Notes under the pieces: generated by a model
Told to the model about the DNA's origin: nothing
Seen by the model: the letters and a program-made list of their open reading frames with translations, nothing else
Databases searched by the model: none
Program-made: the position numbers and the translations under genes
Shown: in pieces, positions 36,173-49,499 of the stretch
Numbering within the stretch: position 1 is the first letter of the stretch
Layout of the letters: each line of letters opens with the position of its first letter
Assembly: GCA_003427395.1 (NCBI GenBank)
Contig: BFEA01000008.1
Coordinates: 5,201,209-5,265,208, forward strand
Reading direction: 5' to 3'
DNA from: Chara braunii
Lineage: Eukaryota; Plantae; Charophyceae
DNA length: 64,000 nt

Positions 36173-38030
36173 CTACCGACGGTTGTCTTTTTCTGCCTGT
36201 GCAGCGAACCGGGCTTCTCTATATTTAGGACAGTAGTACTTTATGATATGGCCCGGATCACCGCAATAGACGCATTGATCCTCGTCTATTCGCCTTTGCC
36301 ACACAGTTTGTTCCAAGCCCAGATCTTCCCAAGGCCTGCCTTGTGGCAAACCAGGGTGCCATCCAAGTCTCCTAGAAGGTGACCGGTTAAAACGAGAGTC
36401 GTTTTGCAGGGAACCTTGACCCCTACCTCCCGCTTGGCGGCCTCCTCTACCTACCAACCCCCTGATCACTCTGTCCTCGACCACCGGAAGCCTGGCCCCT
36501 TTGGCCCCGACCTCCTCCTCTACCTTGCAGCCTCCCTCCAGTCGCAAGAACAACGTAAGTCCTCCTCTTACTATCGCCACTGTCATCCTCCTTCAGACCC
36601 CACTCTATATGGTTGTAAGGGACCTATTCCATACCACAATCATCTAATATAAGGATCAGGTGATCCTTGCCCTTAACCTAACCTGAGATGGTACAACCCT
36701 TTCACTTCTTACCCTTATCGAGGTCCTTATGCTAGAAAGTGAAAACTGGCATGGACCGTGCTTCAAACGTTACCACTTCCCTACTCAGAGAATCGTGGGT
36801 CATGGTAAACTTATAGCTCTTCTCAAAGAAGTGCCCTCGCAACGGCTCGGGCATAGCACAGAAAAACAGATTGACCAATCGAGTCTCAGTGAGCCCATGG
36901 TCGGAAACGGCCATCAATTCATCCATAACGCCCTTGAATGCTCTAGCACTCCTCCATTCGCGATAGTGGATAGTTTGCACTTTGTCAGAAGCTCTAACAC
37001 TACGTGTGATATCTGCAAACCTCTCACGCAATAACTTAAAAAAGTCACTGAGGGGGGTAATATGGGAATAGCCAACCATATCGTTATCGCACTTAGCAGC
37101 GCGGCAGAGAGATCTGGGGAAGCTAGCTGCTTCGTCTTTGAGGGCGTGGAAGGCGATGAGGACTTGTTCCTCAGGGGCTATCTTCTGAAGATGTACATAG
37201 GAGTTTACATTTGCCTCCCAATTATCAAAGTTTTCCTCCTTCCTGCTGTAGGAATCAAGGAATTTCACCTTCACATGCTCTCTACGAGGATGAACTTCGT
37301 CCTCCCTCGGAGCAGCAAGTTTCACGCCTTCTATGGCGCCTATGCAGAATTGTTCCATGTTCTCTAATCTCGCTTTCACCTCTGAGCCCACATGCATCAT
37401 CATTTCGTGTGCGAACTCTCTAAGCCCCAATCGTATGGAGCGCAGCGTCACATCCTGGCTTCTGGCGAACTGATACGGTTCGTCCCAAGCTTTGGCCAGG
37501 AGTTCGATATTCCTGGACATCACCTCCATCTTCCCCTATATATCCGCTTGCACCTCCATTTGCGCCCTTTCCTCCCTTATAGCCTCCAACACTCACGCCA
37601 TCTTGCTGGCCTCTTCCATTCGTTTTTTATTTTCCCTGGTCAGACAACTTCCATTCCAACTTCTTTTCCTCTTCTATGACGTTTGAGCGGATCTTCTTAT
37701 TTTCCAATCATGGGTCCTCCTCCTTCTTCGTGCCACTGGATTCCCCTTTGTCCCTGAAACTCTTTCTGAACAAGGGAACTTCCTCTTCTGCCTTTTTCTC
37801 TTCTTCTTCTTCTTCTTCTTCTTCCTTCACTGCTTTCAACTTTTCTTCCTCCTCCTTCAACCTTTCCAGCTCTTTCTACAACTTTTTTTTCTTCGCGGCT
37901 TGCTCCTCCAACAAGGCTAACTTTTTTGCCTGCTTCAGTACTTCTCTCTTCTCTTTCCCGGCCTTCTGCTCGGCCAGGATTCTAGCGGCCTCTTCCTCCT
38001 CCTCCTTCGTATAGGGAGTGGTACTAACAT
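36173..38030 (-). pseudogene. gag remnants with coiled coil, capsid-like region and zinc knuckle
   Basis: ORF 36732-37529, the motif CVYCGDPGHIIKYYC in 36173-36586, and an upstream E/K-rich segment. Confidence 0.85.
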
Positions 38031-38887
38031 CACCCCTCGTGTCAACTCTACACGTGAAGGCATTCCAGAAGCCTAATGGAAAGAGGAGACGCCAGAGTGT
38101 CCCCCACAAGGAGAATCCCACGAGCAAGTCGTACATTGGGTAGTCATCCATGGCATTAGGTGCACGACAAAGTTGTCCCACTCCTCACCACTTAGACCTA
38201 CCCACTCGACTGACTGACTGCCTTTCAAGGAGCACAAAGCCTTACCCTTTGATCCAACCACGTTACCACGATTGACGGAAGCTTTCGCCACCACTGTCCT
38301 TTACAATCCAGACCCAGATGCCGAACACCTGCGGTCAATCCCACCTAGCTTTCTCTCCGGTTCGGAACCCTATCAACTATGGTCACTAGCCTAGACCTAC
38401 TTCTAAGTTGTCACTACAGGACTTCAGCACTGCTCAAGAGGCATTTCAGGAGATCCCCCATAACTCCTCAGGAATTGTTTAACGTCGCAATCAGGACGGC
38501 GCGATCAGTAAGTCCTCTCAACACTTAGAACAGGTGGTTATGCAGCCCACAACTCGGATTTCGGGTCACCCATGCCACATTGTTCAACCCGCCAAATTGC
38601 ACGGGTCCTTGGGAGGGTTTGTCCTCCGGGACGTGTCAATCGTCACGATATGGAATTAAGCCCTACTCAGCCCGTGTGGGTTTGGTCATCGCAGCTCTAT
38701 GACCTCATATGTGGGTTTGGTCAACGCAACTCTACAACCTCATACACGGAGTTCCTATCACCTGGACAAAAGAGACTCGATACAGAAAGAAGCGACGGCC
38801 AGACTCAGTAAGTACCACGGGGTGAGTGCACATCCATCGGGCAAAGGAATAGGCTGAAGGCTTAACGAGAATATACCAACTCCAACT

Positions 38888-39125
38888 TGGTCAATTTTGT
38901 AATCAACAGCTCCGGTCAACGCCTTGGTCAACGCTGGTCAACCTCCCAATCAGCACTTCGGTCAACACTGGTCAACACCTTAGTCAGCACCTTGGTCAAC
39001 ACCGGTCAACCCCTTAGTCAACACCTCGGTCAACACCAATCAACCCCTTAGTCAACACCTCGGTCAACGCAAGTAAACTCCCGATCAACTCTCGATCAAC
39101 TCCTGGTCAACACCTTGATCAACTC
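38888..39125. repeat. Cluster of short GGTCAAC/AGTCAAC repeats in the retrotransposon leader
   Basis: 13 RGTCAA motifs counted in about 230 bp. Confidence 0.85.
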
Positions 39126-39390
39126 AGCTATGGCTGATGACCCCTTGTCTCCCTTCAACTTCCACTTCGCCTTCTCCGTCCTTCCTTCTTTCTCACTTTC
39201 TTTCTCCATCACCCCGGCTATGCATTTCTTTTCCTTTCTTCGTCTCTCCCTTCTCCTTCCCCGGCTATGACTTCCCTCTCATCCTTTGTCTCTCCCTCCT
39301 CCTTTACTCGTCTTTCTTCTTCTACCACCGTGTCTGGGCTCCACGGCTATGGCCGCCTTCTTCCTTGGACCGCACAACAATCTTCTATCG

Positions 39391-39440
<50 letters not shown>

Positions 39441-39572
39441 AATCTTTTTTACATGTACGCGGCACCTCACTTCAGTGGCGCAGCTATGGCGGACCTCCTC
39501 CTTCGATGGCGCAGCTTGAGCTATGGTGCCCAACTGTGAACAACGGCGATGGCGCGTGGAGTAACGGAAACC

Positions 39573-39585
39573 AGCTCCGATATCA
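39573..39585 (-). promoter_or_regulatory. Primer binding site, degenerate tRNA-iMet type
   Basis: The minus strand reads TGATATCGGAGCT, versus canonical TGGTATCAGAGC, next to the LTR end. Confidence 0.75.
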
Positions 39586-39586
39586 A

Positions 39587-40522
39587 TGCAATCAGACTCG
39601 CTTTTTCTTCTTCTCACACACATGCAAACAGATGGCAACTCACACTGGTGCCAAGCGCCCACTCAAAGCTCAGAGGTATGGAAACCGAGAACACAGTTCA
39701 AATGCAAACTCACTTCAACAGGCTATGGCGCATCAGCGACCGTACATCCCAATTGTCATCACTGTGTCCAACACAACTGTTCGCACACACTCAACTCTGG
39801 ATGACCCTGAATACCCCACACGCGTTCACTGTATCACACACACGTACACACACTAACACCTATCGCTAGCTATGGCGGCTATGGCCGCCGACTACTACTA
39901 ACTATGGCGCACTACTTCTTCAAGCCCACTTCGACCACGAGCATCTGCAGACCACCTCGCACAAGACGCTCAGGCAGCGTTTGGGCTTACGCAGGAATGA
40001 ATGAATGGCTGGACGCTGCCTCTTGATTTATACTTCTGTAAGTCGCAGGTCTGCCCTTTTCCACCGGGCCCATGGTGCACACAATCCCTCATGGTACTTG
40101 CTGACTGTACAAAGTGAGACTGGGACTGGGTACCGCTGACTAAGCGAAGTTGAACCCACCACTTGCCCACTGGCCTCTTGTCTGCTATGTATAATGTGAG
40201 AAGAAACTTGAAAGGCCACTTCTGGACCTTCCGGAAGTTTGCGGACTTGGCCTTTCAGGACTGTAGCAGCTACGACCTTGACCTTTCAGAACAACAGCAA
40301 CTATGACCCCTATGCAGTTATGACCCCTACTTCGACAGGTCTAAGGTTCAAGACTCGACAACTACTCAGCCCTACGACAGACAACTTTCAACTACTAACA
40401 CACAGGTCACAGGTTCAGGGCACACAGAGTCGACTTGATACAGTAGACAGGTAAGGTAAGGTGAGGTCTGGGGATCGAGCCCTGAGATCCGCATCTGTCT
40501 GCAAACGGTGAAAACCGTTTTA
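39587..40522 (-). repeat. 5' LTR
   Basis: Direct repeat of 31599-32568. Confidence 0.93.
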
Positions 40523-41792
40523 GTACACTGCTCCCGCCGAGAGGAACCACCCTTCTCCTCGTCGGCCTCGGTTCAGGACAGCCGCCTAAATGGTCACCAG
40601 GTCACCCCCACTCCCTCAACGACATCATGATACAGTCCCTACCCCGTGAAGCATGATTTCCCCCCTCCCTCCGTCCCACCCCCTCGCAGTAGAACAGCCC
40701 ACTAAAGTTCACTCCCCATTGTCTCTACCTTCCCCTGCCAAGGCTGATCCAACTTGAACCCCAAAGATTGGCCTGGCCCCAAAGGAGAACAAAACCTCAA
40801 CTCTGCCACCTACCCTCTCAAGGACAAACACCACCCACCTTGTGTAGCCCTTGCAGAATAGGGCTCCCATCCTCTGGGTCAAAAGACCCAACTCCGAAGG
40901 AGATGATCCAGGGCAAGGACTACAAACCCCGCGGCCTGGAACGCCCATCAATCATGAATGCAAGAACGTACATCTCACAGCAATCAGATTGCACACTTCA
41001 TCAGACAGAAGTGAGAGTGAAACACGGTGTATGAGAACTGTGAGGATTGGTCAAAAAATTTATACAACAGGTCTGCTTATCCTATGGTCGCGAGCAACCA
41101 CAAGAATGAGCTCACCTTTTCTCTCTCACACTCTCGCTCTCGTTCAACTACAGCCACGGCACCCAGCACCCGTTGGCCAAACTGTTCGATTGCCTCACTC
41201 CAGCCTCACTCAAGTCTGGCCATACAATACTCCAACAGCGCTTCCACAGCACTGAAGTAGGAAGACATTGATGCAAACCACCGCTCCACTTTTGCATCCA
41301 ATGCTTCAGTTGGACAACCTTTCCGGATACAGTCCCTCCCTTGCTGGACAAGGCCCACCTTTGACCCATCCAAGATCCATTGACATTCTTGTGACTTGGG
41401 CCTATGCATGGACTGGTCTGGACTCTTGCTGTATGTAACCCACGGCCTATCGAATCCACAGGCTCAGACTTGACCTATCCACCTACCAGACTGAGAGTGT
41501 ATGGTACACATTGGACTTAGAACCATGGGACTAGGCGTGGGACAGGACACTGATATGCGTAAAATCCTTTCAGCTCCTTTAAAAACATCTGTGAAATTGC
41601 AACAATCAATCTTCTACGAAGCATTGAACTGGCACATAGAAAGAACCGTCCATGGACAAAAGCTGTATTGAAACCTGGCGGTTACAGATTCGTCCGTGCC
41701 GTAAAGGGAAGGAACAGGGAAGGTCACAAAAGGAGAACTACCCCAAACCAAACCAACCCACCAAACCACGCGAGAACACATGCGCACACAAG

Positions 41793-41884
<92 letters not shown>

Positions 41885-42272
41885 NCCAGCAATGGTAAAG
41901 GCATGAAACCAGTCCCGTTCTCTGCCTAAAACAGGTGGGACAAGCTCCGGAAAAATGTGGGACGGCCCGGTACCTGGGAACGGACAGGTACCGACGCAAC
42001 ACAAGTGCTTATTAGGCTATTACAAGCTACTGCCCTGACTCCACTGCCAGCCTGAGTTACAACCTCCTTTTTGAACTCAGGCCATGACAAAGTTGCTGCT
42101 GCATGTTTTTTAAGCCAATTACGAACTCTGATGTGACATGAATGTACTTCCCTCAAAAAAAAAAAAAACCGCGGCCTCCGACGTTCAGACGTGCACTGAT
42201 GGAGAGAAAGAGAGAGAGAGCACCATAGGGAGAGAGAGAGAGAGAGGGAGAGGGAGAGAGAGAGAGAGAGAG

Positions 42273-42351
<79 letters not shown>

Positions 42352-42650
42352 CAGACTGATAGGCACTGGCATCTAGAATTGCTCTCCGCAGTAATCTTTG
42401 ACTCTAAAATTGCCTCTTCTGTTCGCAATATTCTTTACGTTTCAAAGAAATACTTTTATTTTCATCTTTTTCCCTCTTGGAGTTTCTCGTGTTCCCTCTG
42501 CCTTCCCCGCTAGCATGGTAACGGCATGCCTCCTCAAAACATAAAAAAGTTTAAGGCAGAGTAGCCAGTGCTACTCCGCACAACTACAAGCCTGTGCAGT
42601 GGGCTACAGTTACAGTTGCCCTCTCCTTGTGAAACAATCTGGAATTCCTT

Positions 42651-43468
42651 CAAACCTGCTGTTCGTTTTGCTTGCTTGTTTTCAAATTGTTCCCTCGCTC
42701 CTTTGTTATGCTTCTCTGTTCTTGAATTCTTTCCTCGTTCCTTGTTCTAGCATTCTTCTGCTGTTCCTTGCCAACCGCTGTGCCTCATGACATCATCCGT
42801 CATGAAACGCACTCGCGCTCTGCTGCTCACGTCTCCTATGCGTCTCAAGTTCTCTCCCACTTCCTCACCCACTGCTTCTTCTCATCCTCACATTCTGTGT
42901 TTCAACGCGCACACGAAATGTGAGGATGAGAAGGAGTGAAGTGAAGTGAAACTTACTCCAGACAGCAATCTGTCCGTCCGCACCGATGCAAGGATCGAAC
43001 ACGTGACCTCTCCGTCAAGAGGCAAACACTCAACCAAACGGCTAAGTGGACTGGGGTGAAAGTTGAGCCCCAAGATGAGTACTTAACCCCACCCCAGCAC
43101 GGGTACTCGTTTTTCCCCACGACCCGGTGTACCCAGAAGCAGTGGGTGCGGAAGTGGGAGAGAGCTTGAGACCATACCTTTTTCAGCGTGCACACAAAAT
43201 GCGAGGATGAGAAGCAGCAGTGGGTAAGGAAGTGGGAGAGGAGTTGAGACTTCGCCTTTTTTCGCAGATTGATAGACGCATAGGATACGGGAGCAGCAGA
43301 GCGCGAATGCGTTTCAGGACGGATGACGTCATGAGGCACGGCGGTTGGCAAGGAACAGCAGAAGAATGCTCGAACAAGGAACGGGGAAAGAAGTCGAGAA
43401 CAGAGAAGCAGAACAAAGGAGCAAGCGAACAATTTGAAAACAAACAAGCAAAACGAACAGCAGGTTTG
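42651..43468. repeat. Long inverted repeat, arms of about 260-280 bp
   Basis: 42651-42908 is the diverged reverse complement of 43186-43468. Confidence 0.85.
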
Positions 43469-45358
43469 CGGGTAGTGCAGTATCATGTGACGTACTGAAT
43501 CGGGCACTACTGCAGTAAATCAGACAAAGAGAAAACATGATCTCAGCCACTGCATCTGGTGTTCGCAGCAGTGCCTCGTCATACACCCTACCGCCACTCC
43601 ACCCGCCATCTCTCATCTACCCCAACCACAATCCAATCCCTAGGAGTATGACAACGTTCCAGCAGATCTAAGAGTTTCTGTGCAGTGAAGGCTGGATGGG
43701 AACATGACTTACACCACCAGCACTTCCGCGGCACATTTCTCCGGGGCAGCAAACACCCTGTGTGCCAAACAAAGCACGGACCTCCTTTTGGCTGGTGCCG
43801 CCAGCCGAGCCCCGAATGTTGCGGTCCTTCTTTGGCTGGGAAACGTGCCCGTGGTTCAAGTGCCAATCAAGAGCGCACCGTAGCAAAGAGCAGAGCATTT
43901 CTGAGAGTGGTAATGAAGTGGAGAAAGGTGGCTGCCAATCCATGGCATTGGGAACAGAGACATGGCCAAGAAAGATCACTCATGTCGAAAAACAAAAGAT
44001 CGATGAGACTCACAACTTTCCATGGCAACAGCGTCTCCAGCCCTGAAGCCAAATGTGAACTGCTCCCCATCGTCATGCAGCACCTGTGGCTCGGCAGTGG
44101 GTTTCCCCAGTGGTTCAGCAGGTTGGCAAAGCTTCAGCAGCAGTACTTCAGCAGCAGGTGCAGCAACTTTCTCTGCTTCCTGAGGAGATGTGTAGCAAAC
44201 CTGGGTCCTTGTCCCACTCCATAAATTGCACATTCTGTGCTGCAAGCTGGGTCCGCGTCAGCTCTGGAGTGTGTGGCTTTCCTAGTCGTCAGCCTAACAA
44301 CGCGTGGAGGGAGTGTCCTTCACGACGTAGACGCTGGCTCCATCTTCATCAACACAACAAGTGGGCATTGTTTGTTTCCGTGGCCATAGCCATGAATCGG
44401 ACTTACTCCGTTTGATGCAATTATATGATGAGCACCCATAAAAAAAATAAAACAATAATAATAATAAATAAATATAAAATAATAAATAAAAATGATGAGC
44501 ACCCATCAGCAAGAGGAACCAACCATTTCCTCTTCAAGCTACAAAATGGTCTCTCCCTTCGTCTGTTTGTGGGTCATCTTGGACCAAATGCTATCTGAAC
44601 CCCTCAGAGATAAATGGGGGTAAGAGCGTCAACCTCAGAATTCAGAAATCGAGAGAACAAGGAGCAGCAATCAAACTGAACAGAGGGGGGCTCAAAAATT
44701 GTTGACGAGCAATTAAAATCTACTCCAACGCACATTCAACTTTTCGTCGTCCTTTTTTTTTGTTTGTTTGTTTTTTTTCCCTCCCATTGTTGAGAGGAGG
44801 GAGACCTCTCATCGCACGTGTGCTAAAAACTTAGCTGTTTCTTAATCCCCCTGCATGAGCCAAAATCGCCTCCCTACCTGCCCGTTTTCATTTGGCACTG
44901 CCCCTGCCCTCCCTCCGTTTTCCCTCTCTCCATTTTCCCTCTCTCCGTCTGTCTTCCTTTCTTCCTGCTACGTCATCTGTATTGTTCTCTCTTTAGTATC
45001 CCCCCCTTCCCCTCCCCTTCTCCCCCTCCTTTTCCCCCCCTTCTTCCCCTCATTGAGTATATCGCGTGCCAGTTCCTCCTCGCTCCTCCCCCCTCCGGCT
45101 AACAGCCGTCTTTTCCGCAACATGCCATAACGACCACGTTCCTCACACACACACACGCAAGCACCCACCCATCCACACAAACATTGCCAAGACCATAGTC
45201 AGACTACGAACCTGGACGCACTTGACCACCACTACGGTCGCATGCACTCCACAACATCCAAGCTTGAGTACGCCCTTGGACTAAACTCTCTCTCTCCCTT
45301 TTTTTCTCACACACACACACACACACATACACGTGGACGCGCACATGCCCTCCACACA

Positions 45359-45410
<52 letters not shown>

Positions 45411-46347
45411 ACAACGCTTTGTCCCGAAGCCTTGTGATTCGTCTCCACAGCGGCAGGTAGAAAGACGGAAGCGATCGAAAGAGGGAGGGAGAAGGTGGTC
45501 GTTGCAAAAAGGAGGAATGAAAATTGGGAGATGCCACACTCCTCGCGAAAAGGGAGGAGGTGTCCGCCGCGAGACGACGGTGGCATCTGTGGCTGTTGGC
45601 CCTTTACGTCACTCGCACAACAAGGAGCACAGACGTGACCGCTCGGGAAACCAAGGAAAAGCAAAAGCCAAAGCAATTCTGGCGAATTGACCCCCCCCTT
45701 TTCCTCCCCAATTGGCAGTGGTACCCCTTTTTTTGGATCCTCTGCCTTCGTTTTTTGGGTCCTATGCCTTCTTTTTTTGGTCCTATGCCGATACGTCTCC
45801 ATTCTGAAGAGGAAGCAAGGAAGAAAAAGAATTCAAGAAGAAAAAAAAAGGGAGGAAGGAAGGAAGGGGGAAAAAAAATGGAAAAAAAAAAACCAGAAAA
45901 GGAAGGAAAAGAAGGAAAAGAAAAGAAAAGAAAAGAAGAAAGGAAAAGAAAAGAAAGGGAAAAAGAAGAAGAAGACGAAAAAAAAAAAAACTCCTCTCTC
46001 CCCCTTTATGGTGGTAGCTCATCTCACGTCGGATGGCATGCCACGTGGCACGCGACTGCTGGGTCAGAGCCAGCCAAGGTGGAAAGACTCAGAACCGCCA
46101 AATTGCAGAATTACCCCTGCGACGTCGTTTGTCCGCCGTTCATTTTGGCTGGGCATTCCACAAAGACATTCCGTGACGACGACCCAGAATTGTCAAATTG
46201 CGGAATTGCCCCTGCCGCAGTGCATGCAAAATCATATGCATGCTCCGTACCTGAGCATGCACCTTGGCCAGGTACATTCCCAGACGCCAGCAGTCGCAAA
46301 GATCCGCTTCTTTGATTGTTACCTTCTCCTTATATACTGAGATTCTA

Positions 46348-46521
46348 ACGTCTTCACCAGAATACGTGTACGGTCATTATACCCGTACCTGAATGTATTT
46401 GGGGCAACTTTTTTTTCTTTTTTTTTTTCTTTTTTTTTTTTTTCATTTTATTTATTTTTTCTTTACTTGGGGCAACTTAGATACAGCAATAATGACCCCA
46501 TTCGTTGTATTCGGGTGAAGA
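46348..46521. mobile_element. MITE, degenerate copy of the 110-bp TA-TSD family with an internal T-rich insertion
   Basis: cgtcttcaccagaatac ... gtattcgggtgaagat, with ttggggcaactt duplicated around the T-rich tract. Confidence 0.65.
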
Positions 46522-47079
46522 TACTTATTTTGGCCGCATGCCTTGACTACCTTTTTAATTGCAGAAGCTCCTTGAGGGATAGCTCCTCTCCTCCTCGGCG
46601 GAGATAGAAACATTAATGAAAAAAAAAAAAAAAACGAAAAAAAAAAAACATTAATGAAAAAAAAACATTAATGAAGAAAAAAAAAAAAGGGGCTCGGGGG
46701 AGAAAGAAAGACTCTCATCGCGTGACCCGATCCTTCTTCGGCAACTACGTTCCCCAGCGCTTCGCGCCTAACCGAGAGAACTTTTTTTTTAACTTTTTTA
46801 TTATTATTATTATTTTATTTTTTTTTGCTTCGCTCCTAACTGAGGGACTTGATTCTGTGCCCCTTCCGCCATTGCAAGGCATGAATGAGCTGCGAATTGT
46901 CGAATTGCAGAATTGCCCCTAATCGTCGAATTGCAGAATTGCCCCTGCCGCAGTCTTTCAATTTCTTCTACTAAAACGCACATTATTATTATCAATTAAA
47001 CTTTAAAAAAAAGGGTACAATATCCATTCTGCACCATTTCGTTTTCGAAGATGTGCTAGCAGACGACAAATAATCGAAG

Positions 47080-47220
47080 TTTTTTTTTTTTTTTTTTTTT
47101 TTTTATGATCCCTGCGCAGGGGCCATGCTAATAATCTTCGCTGTATCATTCCAAAAATTTTAAGGGATGTCCCGCAAGGACATATATATATATTTTTTTT
47201 ATTTTTTTTTTTTTTGGAAG
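47080..47220 (-). pseudogene. U6: Retroposed 3'-truncated U6 snRNA copy with poly(A) tail
   Basis: The minus strand reads gtccttgcgggacatcc...gatacagcgaagattattagcatggcccctgcgcagggat, then a poly(A) run. Candidate 15-bp TSD at 47065-47079 and 47221-47235 (13 of 15 identical). Confidence 0.88.
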
Positions 47221-47344
47221 GACATATAATCTAAGTTTCAAAATTTGCAAAAGAGAAAAGAGGAGAGACGATGAACAAAAATTTCGACAGTGTTGTCCCC
47301 GTAGGACAAAAGAGAGAGGGACCGACATGAAGGGAAGGACGAGC

Positions 47345-47420
47345 GGTAGCGTAGCTCAGTTGGTACACCCCCCCTGGACTGAACTGTTGAAATACAGACC
47401 TGAGTTCAAATCCAGATGCA
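47345..47420 (+). other. tRNA-like (SINE-head-like) sequence with A and B boxes
   Basis: gtagctcagttggta and gagttcaaatcc. No proper acceptor stem. Confidence 0.65.
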
Positions 47421-47489
47421 AACAGACGAGTGAAATACTAGCAAAATGAAAGAAAGAAAAAGCACGCAGAGAGGGAGGGCAGGCTGCTG

Positions 47490-48060
47490 AACGAAGGGAG
47501 AAGGGAGGGAAGAAAGAGAGAAGGGAGGGAAGAAGGAGAAGGTAAGGAGAGGGAAGTTAAAGAGGGGAGGGAAGAGGAAGAAGGGAGGGAAGAGGGAGAA
47601 GGGAGGGAAGAGGGAGAAGGGAGGAGGGAAGTGGGAGAAGGGAGGGAAGAGGGAGGGAAGAGGGAGAAGGGAAGAAAGAGGGAGACGGGAGGGAAGAGGG
47701 AGAAAGGAGGGACGAGGGAGAGAGGGAAGAGGGTAGAGAGGAGGGAAGTGGGAAGAGGGAGAAGAGAGGGAAGAGGGAGAAGAGAGGGAAGGGGGAAGAG
47801 GGAGAAGAGGGAGGAGGGAGAAGAAGAGGGGATGAAGGAGAGTGAAGGGAGGAAGTGAGAAAGAGAAGAGAGGGAGGAGGGCGAGGGGGGGAAGAGGGAA
47901 AAAGGAGGGAAGAGGGGCGAAGGGAGGGAAGGAGGGAGAGGAAAGGAAGACGGAGAAGGGAGGGAAGAGGGAGGGAGAAGGGAGGGAAGAGGGAGGGAGG
48001 AGGGAAGGAGAAGGGAGAGAACAGTGACAGATGGTAGAACAGGGGAGAAACGGAGAAGAG
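47490..48060. repeat. Polypurine (GGGA/GAAGA) low-complexity tract
   Basis: About 570 bp almost entirely G and A on the + strand. Confidence 0.9.
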
Positions 48061-48103
48061 GAGACGGATAACGAGCTTGTCCGCACCTTCTCAGGACTGA
48101 CTA

Positions 48104-48208
48104 CCGTCTTCACCCGAATAGAACGCCCGGTCATTATGGCTGTATTTGGTGCAACTTTCAGTCCAGATACGGCGATAATTTTCGGGCGTTCTATTCGGGT
48201 GAAGACGG
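48104..48208. mobile_element. Tc1/mariner-type MITE with perfect 26-bp TIR and TA TSD
   Basis: ccgtcttcacccgaatagaacgcccg and cgggcgttctattcgggtgaagacgg, flanked by TA. Confidence 0.85.
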
Positions 48209-48372
48209 TACTATGCGTGAACAGATGCAATGATTGGCTCATTGGGTACACACTGCATTCACTAGTTGATTGTTGATTGATTAACTCTTGATTCGGTCAT
48301 TCATTCATTCAGACAGACAGGCTTATTAATTTTCTGTTAAGGAGCAAGCGGCTATATCCCAAAGGGACCAGG

Positions 48373-48403
<31 letters not shown>

Positions 48404-49499
48404 AGTTCATCCACAGGAAGACGTTTACAAATCAAGAAACACTTGTTATATTACTAGTAATACTATATTTGCAATAATGAAACAGACGGGCGAGAAAAAA
48501 AGAGACAAAAAACGTTGAAAGCAACTGAAGCACTTTTTCCAACGGAAGCACCGATGCCGTCCAATTCGAATCCCAGTTCAATAATTGTTCTCTTTTTCGA
48601 CTAGAAAATCGTTCTGTCTGTCTCCTCTTTTTTTTCTTGTTTTTTTTTTTTTGTGGGGTAGAATTGTAGGGATTTTTTTCCGAATGGACACCGCAGAACA
48701 ATTGTTCAATTTTCTGTGCTCTCTAATGTTAGAAACATCTCTACAAGGAAAATGAGAGAGAACGATTGAACGCCTTTCAATAATTCTTATTATTTCACTT
48801 AATTAAAGTCATTCATCCACTCATTCATACTGTCAATAGCCTTAAAAAAAAAAAAAAAAAAAAGGAAATCAAAGNNNNNNNNNNNNNNNNNNNNNNNNNN
48901 NNNNNNNNNNNNNNNNNNNNNNNNNNNNNNNNNNNNNNNNNNNNNNNNNNNNNNNNNNNNNNNNNNNNNNNNNNNNNNNNNNNNNNNNNNNNNNNNNNNN
49001 NNNNNNNNNNNNNNNNNNNNNNNNNNNNNNNNNNNNNNNNNNNNNNNNNNNNNNNNNNNNNNNNNNNNNNNNNNNNNNNNNNNNNNNNNNNNNNNNNNNN
49101 NNNNNNNNNNNNNNNNNNNNNNNNNNNNNNNNNNNNNNNNNNNNNNNNNNNNNNNNNNNNNNNNNNNNNNNNNNNNNNNNNNNNNNNNNNNNNNNNNNNN
49201 NNNNNNNNNNNNNNNNNNNNNNNNNNNNNNNNNNNNNNNNNNNNNNNNNNNNNNNNNNNNNNNNNNTCTCTCTCTCTCTCTCACATCGATTAGTTGTTTC
49301 TCTACAATAGGCAGAGAGCATTGATAGACAACGATAGCCAGAAAGATTTTGAAGTTACCCACCGCAATTCACATAGAAACAGCAAGTAAGCATCCCTCCT
49401 CCCTTCCCTCTCCCCTCCCCCCTCAAAAAAAAAAAACAAGAAAAAAAAGAGCACAATGAACGTAACAGACGCCGTGCAGTTTACAAACATCTATCATGA

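Larger units (their letters stand above)
31599..40522 (-). mobile_element. Full-length decayed Ty3/Gypsy chromovirus LTR retrotransposon
   Basis: Two similar LTRs, a 4-bp TSD GTAC, a PBS, a PPT, and gag-PR-RT-RH-INT-chromodomain order. Confidence 0.95.

Noticed and set aside
43560-44420. Several overlapping ORFs with protein-like composition
   Set aside because: No recognisable motif and no consistent frame, so a gene call cannot be supported.
47345-47420. Functional tRNA gene
   Set aside because: A and B boxes are present, but no acceptor stem or canonical anticodon arm can be formed.
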